NCBI GenBank assembly: GCA_030704615.1 | Contig: CM060734.1 | Span: forward strand, 19,592,001 to 19,656,000 | Source: Takakia lepidozioides | Taxonomy: Eukaryota > Plantae > Bryophyta | Length of the DNA stretch: 64,000 nt | Direction: 5' to 3' | Shown here: positions 1-11,124 of the stretch, one piece after another | How positions within the stretch are numbered: position 1 is the first letter of the stretch | Layout: every line of letters begins with the position of its first letter | Notes under the pieces: generated by a model | Databases searched by the model: none | Seen by the model: the letters and a program-made list of their open reading frames with translations, nothing else | Told to the model about the DNA's origin: nothing | Program-made: the position numbers and the translations under genes

Positions 1-1126
1 CGTCGTGATCAAATGTCTCCGTGATAAAGTGCATGGCCAGCTGCGTTCCTAGCGTGCCTTGTAGTACTTCGTCATTGCAATAGAGGGACAGCCATTCGGA
101 GGTGGCTAGGAGATCATAAGCCTTCTTGACTTTTCCCTGCATTTTGACACCTGGCTCTACCTCCAACACAAAGGGCCTGTCTCCTCGAAGGAGGGCCAAA
201 CCATCCCGTGCAGGATGGAAAAGCTCAACTTTGATAGTGCCAGACCATATCTGCGTAGTGGGTTTTAAGTAAACAGAGAGAGGAACGAAAAGAGTCGTAC
301 CTAGTGGGATGTTCATGTCCATGAATCGTTGTGTGGGGCGGGTGTGAACCAGTTCTTTGGGTAGCTCGTAGGTAGAGTCGAAGCGAATAGTAATGTGGTA
401 CGGGTTTGCCGGGAGACCGGTGTTGCTGGTGGTGAGCGTGCCCTTGGGCAGCTGGGTGAGATGGAGGAATTGTCCGTCGCTCCCATCCGGGCGCGTAGCA
501 GGATAGAGGCGTTGAGGTACCCGTGGATATGCCTTCTTGCAGTTGAGCAATTCGTCACATTCTGTGGGTGGAGTGCCAAGCTGGAGCAGTTGCTCCCTAG
601 AGCGGGTTTCCTTGAGTACAGGACGATTGTTCTCGTAAGCATATGTTTCCATGTTCTGAAATCCATACCATAACATGAGATGCAGCTTGGCACTCTCAAC
701 TTCCAGGCCTTGGTGCTCCGGTGCGACAGATTGTTGGCTTCTCGATTTCTTTGTTTCGGATGGTGCCGGGGTAGTGGCACTGTGAAGCTCGCTTGAAGTC
801 CTTTTGGTGCGCAGGTGACCTTGGACCTGGACTGTGATGAGTGGGTGACTGTGCGCTGTAGCGAGTACGTCAGCCGGCATGTCAGGCATGTCGGAATCAC
901 CATTTTGTTGATGAAGAGCTTGACTCATATTGTTGTGTGTGAGCCTGAGAGTGGGTGGCGTTGGGGCAGGCGGATTTACTGTGAGCGACGAGTCCAGGAA
1001 CTCGGGTTCCATTGCTGGAGTGGCGGGCGGATGGCTGGCAAGAAGACTTCCTGGCGCCAGTTGCCTACTGAATTGCTGTCTGGGTCGACCCGTGAGAGAG
1101 GGAACACCGATTGCTGAAGAGAACAT
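1..1126 (-). CDS. Long ORF running off the left edge (>=337 codons from ATG 1012; upstream in-frame ATG at 1126); possibly non-LTR retrotransposon ORF1-like
   Basis: Manual translation is stop-free from 1126 to 1: MEPEFLDSS...PANPYHITIRFDSTY...QIWSGTIKVELFHPARDGLALLRGDRPFVLEVEPGVKMQGKVKKAYDLL...ETFDHD. Absent from the ORF track because it has no stop in the window. The ORF1 identity is an unverified recollection of similar bryophyte repeat proteins. Confidence 0.5.
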   Translation of the reverse strand, partial: MFSSAIGVPSLTGRPRQQFSRQLAPGSLLASHPPATPAMEPEFLDSSLTVNPPAPTPPTLRLTHNNMSQALHQQNGDSDMPDMPADVLATAHSHPLITVQVQGHLRTKRTSSELHSATTPAPSETKKSRSQQSVAPEHQGLEVESAKLHLMLWYGFQNMETYAYENNRPVLKETRSREQLLQLGTPPTECDELLNCKKAYPRVPQRLYPATRPDGSDGQFLHLTQLPKGTLTTSNTGLPANPYHITIRFDSTYELPKELVHTRPTQRFMDMNIPLGTTLFVPLSVYLKPTTQIWSGTIKVELFHPARDGLALLRGDRPFVLEVEPGVKMQGKVKKAYDLLATSEWLSLYCNDEVLQGTLGTQLAMHFITETFDHD

Positions 1127-4100
1127 AAGAATAGGCGGTGGGGAGGATGATTGGGGAGTAGCTATGTGTCGATAGATACTAGCAGTGAGCTGAGCAGACA
1201 GGAGGGGGAAGATGTAATCTACCCGGGTGTGTAGTTCTGGATTTGTTGAGTAAGGGGGGGTGGAGATGGGGAGTTTTGAACGTAAAGAGTCCAACAAGCA
1301 AGTGAGCGGGGGGGGGGAGAGGGTGGCGGGATTTATATAGATTGAGAGTTCGGGAACTGGGGATGCCACAGTAAGCGTCGATTTTAATGCGGGTAGCAGT
1401 ACTGAGTCTAGTGTAATGATGTTTGAGAGGGCCGGGCAGATGGAGGGGCGAGCTGCGCACTTCACTTAGTTGGGGTGCGGTGGAGAACGGCAGATTTAGC
1501 ATGCGTATCAATTCGTTGTCAGTGTAGCAAAGGCTTGAGTGATCAGGAGCTTTAAGAGCTGGGTATTGCCCAATGCAAGTTGGCAGCGGAAGGATAAACG
1601 AAGAGATTATGAAGGTGACTCGTAGCATAACTTTTGTGGGGCAGCACCTGTGCGAATGCACCATGTGTGTGGCCAGCGATGGAGAGTAAGACAGGGTAGA
1701 AAAATTAAATCAAGGAGCTGGCGGGATCTGGCTCTTGTGAGGGCAGAAGTGATGATGGATTAAGTAGTGGGAAGCGTTGTCAACTGTGAGGGTTATGCCA
1801 TGTGTTGACTGGCTGTAGGGGTGGGGCCAGTGGGGTGGCGAGAGAGAGGTGGCTGGGTGCACTGCATAGCTTTTATGTTCGAGAGACCATGAGTTATGGG
1901 TAGGGAGCCTGTATGTTGTGTTGCCAGAACGGCATCGTTTGGAGAGAGCCGTGCTATGGCTGTGTGTGCACGAAGGATTACAGGTAATCTTAGGAGTAGG
2001 AGATTTGGTGAACCACTTTATGTCACGGTGATGGTATTTAATTATGAAATGTGATCTCAGATTTTGCACCAGTATACAGTTAGGCTTTGTTGGATGTGTG
2101 AGGGCCATTGTTGGATGTGTCATGTGATGGAGGTAGGTTGGGAATGGAGAGAGTGGGCTGGTGCGGCAGTATAGTAGGAGGCCTTTGTGATTGATAATTA
2201 CCATATGGGGAGATGGGAGAGTGTCAATTGAAGGGGGTATAGTTGCTGGGGGGGTAGGTGAAATTGGGGTGTGTGGAAGGAAGTGGAGGTACAGGGGTGT
2301 GTAATGTGAGGGCTTGCAAGGCGGATGTTGAAGGCTATGATCTTCTGGCAGTGTGGGTAGAGAATGTGGGGAAGTTGTGTGAGGGTATTGTATTGGATTT
2401 GAGCCAAAATTGAGAGTACCCCAGGTGGATAAACAATAAGAAGGTAGCCAAATAATATGAATCTAACACTATATTCTGGTAACAGCATATATCGAGAGCA
2501 GGCTATTTGAGCGGTGCCGATCGAGGCATACTCAGGATATGTTGCATCATAGAGTGCCAGGTTGGGGAGGTTGATAACGTAGATGGTAAATTAGCCTGGA
2601 AGATGGTGACGGTCCACTGGGAGGCGTAGGGGGGAGCTGCTCTTGGTGATGGAGTCTTAAGCCAAATTGGAAGGGAGCACGTCGCGAGCTGGAGGGTGGT
2701 TGTAGAGGTTGGTGAGAGGCCTGCAAGCATTCCCAAGAGAGTGTCATTAGGGGGCTGGTAATATGGTATTGCAGACTGTTGGTTATGAAGAGCAAAGGCA
2801 CTGGTAACTGAACAGAAGGGAATGTGAGGGTGGGCATGAGTAGAGACAACATAAAAGGGGTGAGAGTACAAGGCTCCCGTTGGCGGGGCAGCAGTAGAGT
2901 GAGAGGGAATGGGCTGCCAGCAGCAGATGGTCGTTGGTGCCAGTGATCGGGGCAGCAGGTCATCGGCGCCGGACCAGTGTTCTTGGTAGATATCTATCTG
3001 TTGGTGGCAGGTCCGCAGCGTTTGTGATGGGAGAGGGGCAGGCACCTGGTAAACAAACCTTCCAGTGGCGAGCCATATAAGTGAAATTGTCAGTGGCTCT
3101 CCTGAAATAACAACAATTGGGTCGGTATTATCGTTGGGAAAATGAGGCTGGGGTAGTGTTGCTATCCACTAACATGCATTGAAGATCATATTCAGTCTCT
3201 AGGTGGCTATGATAGGAGCGGGGATGGGGGGGGGGGGGCTGGATAGAACATACCTGGGTAGCATTAGGTGAGGCAGGAAGAAGATGCGCATTTGAGGAGC
3301 AGGGAACCCTGGTACAGGCGGTGCGACTGGCACATCACCTCGGGTGATGGAGAGAGAGAGTCCAAATTGTGTTGAGGATGATGGCAGACCCGGGCTCTAT
3401 TGCTTCGAGCGGCTGCCAGTTGGGGGTGATATTTGGTGCACGTGTCGTGGGATGCCATAACTAAGAGTCCACACTTCCAATGACGAGACATCCACCTCTG
3501 TTGGTCTGATCCTGTGTGGTGTGTGCCATGGTGCCAAAGCTAGGTTGGTCGCAGTGTGTTCCAGATTGGGACAGTGTATTACTCCCACAGCTGGCTTGCA
3601 TGGGGTTTGTTGTAGTGGCAGGGATGTTGGCATTTATCACACATGCAGAATAAATATAGTCAGAACGCAGTAGAGAGAAGATGCGGGGTGGAGGTAGTGA
3701 AACAACGAGGAGATTGTATATCGGTATCATTGCTGTGCTAAGGGGATCCTTTAAAAAGGGGGCAGTGCACAAAAAGGGCAGAGCAGGCAGCAGCAGGGCC
3801 GGTATTGGAAAGCAGCGATATAGAGTCCGCAGAAAGGTTTGGGCGTGGAATTGTGTGGGCAGTCTGAACAGATAAAAGCGTGCATCTGAGGAGATTATAC
3901 AGCTTAGAATGGACAGTATGGTAGGGATGGGGGATGTGAGACAGGAATTAACAGGCACATCGGGGTTATAGTACAAGAGCCCTATGCAGTGGGGCACAAC
4001 CATGGGGGTACCTTTTATGTAGCATTTGTAGTGGGCCCAAGAGAGACAGAAAAGAGGTGCTGAACATGGGGCTATGTGGTGGGCAGGACCAAGGTGATGC

Positions 4101-4585
4101 AACGGTAGAACAAGGTGAGGAGGCTTAGAAATTATCAGGGCACTAAACCATAAGGGGGTTTTGCAGCAGCTGAAACAAATGACAAGAGAGGAAAGGAGAG
4201 TAGTACTAGGGGTGGGGGCCTTGGGCACAATGAACAGGGGGTTCGAAAACAAAAAGCTGTAGCAAGTGCATGGGAGTTGGGGTAGAGTATCATCCCTGGT
4301 TGGTGTAGCAGTGTGGAGTCGGAGGGTAGTTGTGGTTGCGTTTGATTTGTGCGGTATCCATTCCAGCGCCTCAGGCATGCGCTCCATGGCAGGTACATCA
4401 TCCAGCTTCAGGACTGGTTGTTGTGGGTGTGGGGTTCTTGGTGGTACTGCGGCCGGCAAACACTTATATGTTGTATCAGACGATGGCTGCAGCACGCTTG
4501 AGACAATGGTGCTGTTCTTGGAGCTTTCAGCGTACGTAAGCAGCTGCGCAAGAGCTGCAAAGCTGGGAAAATGTTTGCGAGGATG

Positions 4586-5876
4586 TTACGACAACAACCA
4601 AACCCTGCAAGCCATAACCAAATTTGTGGCCGCTTGAGCAGGAAGTAGGGAATAATCAGGTGTACAAGTCATGTGGGGCCTCTCTGTTTCGGGAGAGACG
4701 TCTTCAAGATCAACGCTCGCTTGTGAAGGAGCGGGAGCCAGCGTAAGGCAGGGGAGGTGAATCAATCCAGAGACGGCGTTTCTCTGAGAGGTGAATGCCA
4801 TCGGAGATACACTGTCCACAAACTGCATCCTGAAGAGATTGTCTGCCCAGAACGTAGCGGTAAGTTGCGAGCTAGGTTGCAGTATTAGGCAACTCGATGT
4901 CGGGGGCTGCTGCAGAGCGGTAGATGCACTCCAAAGTAGTGGTTTGCAGGAAGAGAAGTAGCAGCTCATGTGGTTTGAGGGTCAGGCCCGCAAGTAGACT
5001 TACAGTTATCTGGTCATACACGTCCTGAATCGCATGTCGTCCGTGCTGCACCATTGGGGAGTCCGGTCTCATTAAGGGGGCCAGCTTGAAGCGCAGGTCA
5101 CTGGGCTGTGTGTAGTGCCATCCATACTTAGGTATTTGGGCCTCAGGAACCGACAGCAGCAGAGTTGGGTTTGTCACCATTGGCTGCCATTCCATAAGCC
5201 ACCAAGGGAGGCGATCAGCTTCATGTCGCTTGTAGGTGAACTGGTAAGTGGTGAGAGGGGGCGCCTCGTTGAGGTAGTAAGGTTCGTCCACATTCCGCAC
5301 AGTGGGCCTTGCTGCATAGTGCTCGATGGAATCACGAGTTGCAGTGAAGAACAGTGCAGTTGCGCAGGGGTTAGACCACCGATAGGCAACTTGCGCATGT
5401 AGGCTGAGAGAGCATGAGTCGATGCAAGATCCAATGGTGATGGCTCCGATAGTGTAGACTGGGTGTGTAAATGTCTGCATCCTCGGTGACTCCATACAGT
5501 CATAGGCAACAGCCGGGGGGGTGCCGGGACTAGGAGAAGCACTGTGATAAACATAGTGTTTGCAGCGAGGCACCCTGAACATTAAAACGCTGCATGATGA
5601 AGTCATGGGATCGCTTTGCCACAAGTAAGACATGGGTTGTCGAGCTGCGACGATGCCCTTAGCAAACTCCAGGAACTCCGCTTGAGTATGCAGGTGGGTG
5701 GGTATCCTGTTGTAAGCAGTCCCTGAAAAGAGAAGACTAAGAAAACAATATGAGAGAACTATGGAAAGAAAGTGTAAAAGAAGCTTTGGAAGAAGGTTGA
5801 GCTCACAGAGCTGGTAGAAAGGGGAAGAGCAGCAACGCAGTTGCACAGCAGCTCGACGAGGTGAAGCTCGCGACAT
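4586..5876 (-). pseudogene. Unknown protein-coding remnant (334-aa ORF plus a frameshifted continuation)
   Basis: ORF 4872-5876 contains an in-frame 84-nt GTGAG...TTTCAG intron-like segment (5806-5723) with a pyrimidine tract. The overlapping ORF 4586-4969 continues in another frame. No recognisable domain. Confidence 0.35.
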
Positions 5877-5975
5877 GGCGGTGGCCGTAGGAAGATAGAG
5901 ATGGTTAAAGCAGCGGTACTGCTAAAAAAGAAAGAAATGAGACTACAGAATCAAGAAGATAGCAGGCGGCTAAAT

Positions 5976-7231
5976 ATTAGTCATGACTACAGGATTTGGC
6001 TACGGTTGGTGGCGGAGGAGCGGAGCTCCGCCCCCCTCTCTATTAGTACCTTATTGGAAGCACAACAAGCCATGTCTACAATAACCATGGCATCTGATGG
6101 CACCTTCGACCAGGAAAGTTTCTCAACACACCTCTCTCATATGCTTCATCTTTGGGAAGGAAATTACTTCATTGGAGGACCTTGATAGAATATTTTACAT
6201 CTGCTCTGATTGATCACAACAGGCTACATGGGAAGCTACTTGACCATGGGGGTACTAGCTGCCTTATGTTGAGCAATGTCAGGGACTTCGCTCTTTTGCC
6301 ACCCACCCTGCTCCATGCAAGTCTTTGTTCAGGTTTTCATAATGTTGTTCATAATCTGACCTGTATGCCAAAAGCGCAAAGGCAAGGACTGGCCATGCTC
6401 CTGCTTACTGTTGCTGGCCGTTGGTGCTATGTTTCCCCAAACAACTCATGGCAAGCCACAGACACGATACGCGCAACGATGGTCCACTATGGTCCACTTG
6501 CTCAATTTCCAGGAAACCCTTAGTCAATGGTTATGTCCGTTTGCATTCGTGGGTATGGGTATACACCAGGTGGCATGAAGTATGGCCTGATACCTCTGTT
6601 CTAAGACTTCTACAGATGGCTCTACAACCAGCCCTACGACCAGCCACTTGTGCAGCTTGCTCTTCAGCACTTCCATTGTCATCGTGAGAAAGGATGGCGG
6701 GTGTCCTGACAGTTGATATGGATGCCAACCACAGCCCAAATCTGCTACCCCCCTGGGGTGGCCAAGCTGAGGGCAAATATTCGTGTAATAGCCACCTTCA
6801 ATGCGGAACCTCCCTCCGCAATGGAACACTGGCTGGCCTTATTTGGTGGGAACACTAAGGTTGCAAAGCTGGATTTCAAGCTCCTGGCAAGGTTGTTAGT
6901 TTCTGAGCCTGCGTGCTGGGCATATCGGACAACAAACAGCAGTAAACACACAACCCAACATACACCAATCCAACAAGACAAACCCCCCAGGGAAGTGACT
7001 CTCACTCCTCAATGTGTTGTCTACTCTGTTTCAGTACCTCAACTATCAATTCTAGATATGTGACTCTGCTATTGACCTCGTTAACTCCTATTATCAGCAT
7101 TTCTATGACACACGTGTCGAGCGGCTTTTACTCACCCATCCCTTCGCTATCCGAGGTGGGAACTCCAAGATAGAAGAGTTGGAAATCTCTAAGCACTCAG
7201 CCCGCTCAGAATAATTAGTCATGACCTACAG
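5976..7231. repeat. 17/18-bp direct repeats bounding a 1.2-kb segment
   Basis: ATTAGTCATGACTACAG at 5976-5992 and ATTAGTCATGACCTACAG at 7214-7231. The left copy contains the palindrome TAGTCATGACTA. Confidence 0.6.
6070..7063 (+). pseudogene. Chain of overlapping frameshifted ORFs, unknown product
   Basis: ORFs 5901-6185, 6152-6523, 6421-6687 and 6713-7063 tile the segment on one strand. No motif recognised. Confidence 0.25.
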
Positions 7232-7741
7232 CTAGCGTATCATTGGGGTGTTTCCTATTTGTATTCCTTCTCGCATTCATGTGAGCAAGTTACTTTACTA
7301 TCTATAATTAAGTATCAGATTGCTTCAGCAATCTACCAGGTTCCATCCACTCATCCATTCATTCCATGGCTTCACTCAGGTCTCTCTACTCAGTGTGAGT
7401 ATGAATATGTATCAGATTAATATCTATTAAGTATCAGGCCGAAGCCATGGTGTCTCTAATCTGCACTACAGTGCATCTCTACAGCTTGCATGAATCAAAC
7501 ATCATCTCGTTGTATGTGTAATCTCCATCCCCTGTGCTCCAAGATCGTGCTCTCCCCTTGATCTCCTCCCGTGATGTCCAAGTCGTGATCCAAGAAGCGA
7601 CCCCCTCCCTGTTGCTACTCTGCCTATTTTACCTGCAAGCTGTTCTAACCGCCTAACTAACTAACTGTCATCCAAGACAGAATGCACGCTCCCCGTGCAG
7701 ATGTCGTTCCACACAGTTGTTCCCTGTCAATGATAACCGTT

Positions 7742-7970
7742 CCCTGTGTACGCTGTGACGGGCTGTGCAAAGCTGTGTCGGGCTGTGACTGTGCCGAGCT
7801 GTGCCAAGCTGTGACTGGCTGTGTCGGACTGTGGCTGGTTGTGTCGGACTGTGACTGTGCCAAGCTGTGACTGGTTGTGTCGGACTGTGGCTGGCTGTGT
7901 CGGGCTGTGACTGACTGTGTGAGGCTGTGTTAGACTGTATTAGGCTGTGTCTGACTGTGGTGGGCTGTGT
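7742..7970. repeat. ~10-bp-period CTGTG minisatellite
   Basis: gctgtgtcgg/gctgtgactg/actgtggctg units in tandem. Confidence 0.9.
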
Positions 7971-8024
7971 CCAACGACGCAATGGCGTTGCGCGTGAGCG
8001 CGCGAGCGTACGCTCACGCAGGAG

Positions 8025-8197
8025 TGACGTGGCGTGAGCGTATGCTCACGCCAGCTGATGTGGCGTGAGCCTGCACCCATGCTGACGTGGCGTGAGCGTA
8101 TGCTCACGCCAGCTGATATGGCGTGAGCCTGCACCCATGCTGACGTGGCGTGAGCGTCATGTCAGTATGCTGATGTGGCGGCAAATGATGACGTGGC
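8025..8197. promoter_or_regulatory. 58-bp tandem repeat with clustered TGACGTGGC (G-box/ABRE-like) motifs
   Basis: Units start at 8025, 8083 and 8141 (partial), with a further TGACGTGGC at 8189. Each full unit has the hairpin GGCGTGAGC-GTAT-GCTCACGCC. Regulatory function is inferred. Confidence 0.55.
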
Positions 8198-8663
8198 ACT
8201 GTCCGTCACTGCCACATCAGCATTAACATGCGCCGCCTATAACCGAGGATGGTCCTATGACCGTAGAATTAATGTAGGGAATCTTGCCTAAATAGAATCA
8301 AGACTACCATGAGGCCTACAATTGTAGCATCCAACATTGTGCAATTACAAATGCTTGTTTTCACTTTTACAATTACGAGGACGAGAAAATATCCTCACAA
8401 AGTGTGCGCCATAGAAGCTGCCACGGGAAGACCTTCCTCCCTCCTCAAATAACAATGAGAGTTAGGATCATCTTCAAAAGATGATTGTAGTGCATAGCGA
8501 CAGCAAGACATGTAGACTTCGAACGGTGCAATGACAAATGTGCTTTTAAAAGTTGTCACTCAGAGCTCACTCCGTATAGTTGGAGGCCATGTCATTGCAC
8601 CGCCGACGAATTGATGTGAATTACACATTTCAAATCATGGTCGTCCACATTGCATAGTTGATG

Positions 8664-9514
8664 CTACCCATGTGTTGTATCCCGCTGCAATAGAGTATCG
8701 ACCTCCTTGAAACTCATAGTGGCCTGGTGAATGAAGTTGTCACGTTTGGGATCGCAAACCATCCTCTTCAAAAATATGAAATACAAATGTTTGCAGGGTA
8801 TGAATTTACCTCTCTTGCCCAAACTGGTTGATAGCATATTCACAAAATCAGGACATGTGCAATTGGGGAAATTGGAAACCGTGATGTCGTAGGTCCTGTC
8901 ATGAACAGCAGATGTGGAAGTGATGATTGTGAATACCCGACCATATCCTGGATCGGGTACTTTCGTGGTGCTTCCAACACGAGCTTGGAGCATTCTTGCG
9001 GACTCCACTTTGCCAAAGTGTTCAGCGGTTGGAGGGAAACGCCGAACGAGCTTTCCATCTCGTTTGGTTGGCCACAAGTCAGGATTTGCCGGGGGGACCC
9101 GGAGGACGCAAAAGTAGTAGCACATGCATGGAGTTGGGGTTGTCTCGCAAGGGAAAAGCCTGCCTCCTCCAGCATTTCAATCTCCTGAAATCTGAGATGT
9201 GTTCCCACCTTCACGGGCCAAACGGTTGGAGGAGATGGCTCCATCACTACGGAATGACGCACAGTTCTATGCACACATCTGGCACAATCATCTGCGCAGA
9301 ACCAGAATTTGTGGTTCTTGGCTTCTGGTTGACCGTAGGGACGCATCAAACCCGTGAAAGTCGGAGCAAGAGTTCGGGCACCACCTCTGGATATAGATGA
9401 AGTGCACTTCTCGAAATTAGTTGCCCTGATCGCTGTACATTTCACACGAGACCCTACACTTGTGTGTTCTATGTGCCAAACGTGGTCGGGGCATGCGGAC
9501 TCAAGCACATCAAG
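8664..9514 (-). pseudogene. SWIM zinc-finger protein, 5'-truncated by an LTR and frameshifted near 9130
   Basis: YDITVSNFPNCTCPDF...IPCKHLYFIF matches the SWIM CxC...CxH motif. The upstream Cys-rich frame (LDVLESACPDHVWHI...FWFCADDCARC) stops abruptly at the LTR edge, 9515. Confidence 0.8.
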
Positions 9515-10232
9515 TGTCGCGCACCTCACTTCGGTAAACCTCAAGTTATAGATACTCGCTTGATGCGCGCGCCTAACTCCCAACCTGGCCACCGGGCCAA
9601 CTTGGAGCTTCGGCTGCTCACCGGGGCATAACGGTCCCCCTTTGATCTCCCAAAAAACCCTCCAACGATTTGGAACCAGTGGAATTCCCTTTGGTAGTTG
9701 GCAGTCCGGAACAGCTCCCCACTCTTTGGTCGCTTTCCGGCTTGCTCGCTTACTCACTAGTTTTTGGTCACCAACGGGTTTGCACCGTTCTCGGGGTTAC
9801 TACTCCCTACATATACTTCTGTAGCTGTCCGCGGGGGTTTCACAAACAACCATGCCATTTTATGGCGAACCACCACGAACACCCTCGACTCCCGGTGATG
9901 AGTCGCGGTGAGTCTTGGCCCACCCACCACGGCCCCTATAGACCGTGATGAGTCCCAAGACTCCCCACGACTCCCACCACGAGGTCTCCACCCCACGGTG
10001 AGTCCTATGCCACCCCCACTAAGTCCCGCTAAGCTACCACTACCCCTTGTGGAGCCACCCCCACCGCAACCCGGTGTGCGGGGCTCTACCTAGTGAGCGC
10101 CTCCGCCTCCTTGAGTGCCTTGGGCACTCAAGGGTGCTTCAGCCCCCATACCTATCGCTGCCACTGCCCCCACCACAGGGGCAGCCCCTCTTGAGTCCCG
10201 ACCCCCTTCCCTCAAGGCAAAGGGCCGCGACA
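9515..10232 (-). repeat. 3' LTR (variant A)
   Basis: tgtcgcgcacc...ggccgcgaca; direct repeat of 15672-16395 with diagnostic differences. Confidence 0.95.
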
Positions 10233-11124
10233 CACACCCCTACCAACAGGGAGTCGATGTCCTCATCGGCTTGTCCATTTTGTGGAAACGAACATCCAAG
10301 TTGTGGCGTCCCACATCAAGGAGTTTGTTTCTGTACCATGGCGTCCCATGGCAAAGAACCAAACCCCACACTTGATTCTACTCTCCACTAGCTAGTTCGG
10401 CCGACTTCCTCCAAGTCCCGACCAAGGGTGGAGCCTCTCAAGCTCCTCCCAGTGCACTCTTCTTGGCCTACTTCAAGGCCAAGGAACGATCCTCCCCGAG
10501 GATCGAATCGCCTTACTGCAACAACATTGCTTGCGACCGCTCATGATGCCGCTTTTGGCATCACCTTGAGCAAGGGTTCACCTCGAACCCTCTTTGACTA
10601 GGAAGATAACCTTGAACCAACCGCGCGCCCCAATCACTACAATTGGGTCCGCCTTGGAATGCTGGCCTGAGGTACGGGACCACGCCGAAGCCGCACTACG
10701 ACTTCGTCTCGAGGCTACACGATTATAGTACGTGAACGGAAGCACGCAGCTTCCGCGTTAGCCCGCACTACAAAGCAACCCCCTCGGTAGCGCAGTTATA
10801 GTATGCGCACGCGCCAGGTGCGCTCCTAAAGAAAGCGCAAGTTTCCTTGCCCCTTGGATGGGAGTCACCTGATTTCGGCACTGCGCAAACACACGATTAA
10901 CCCAATTTACCTCTCCCACTTTTGTAAGCTAGCATGCATTCTACACACTAGCCAACCACACCATGCATCACCATTCCAAACAAAATAGGAAGCACAACAT
11001 TTGGAACCCATTTCCTTTATAACAAATTTTTGTACAATACAAGTTTTTGCAATCGGATTCCTAAGCTAGCTAAACCGGGCTAAGCATGCATTTCCTCCCC
11101 CACGCTCCAAGGTTGATGTCCCCA

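Larger units (their letters stand above)
7249..8228 (-). mobile_element. Probable solo or truncated LTR (left boundary uncertain)
   Basis: Ends in ...TTAACA at 8228 (TGTTAA on minus). Shares CTGTG and TGACGTGGCGTGAGC modules with the PPT-defined LTR ending at 23884. No clean TSD. Confidence 0.5.

Noticed and set aside
251-300. 50-nt GT-AG intron in the left-edge ORF
   Set aside because: The frame is open without splicing, and removal would shift the frame.
8840-9757. 305-aa ORF as a real gene
   Set aside because: Chimera of LTR sequence (9515-9757) and the SWIM gene remnant.
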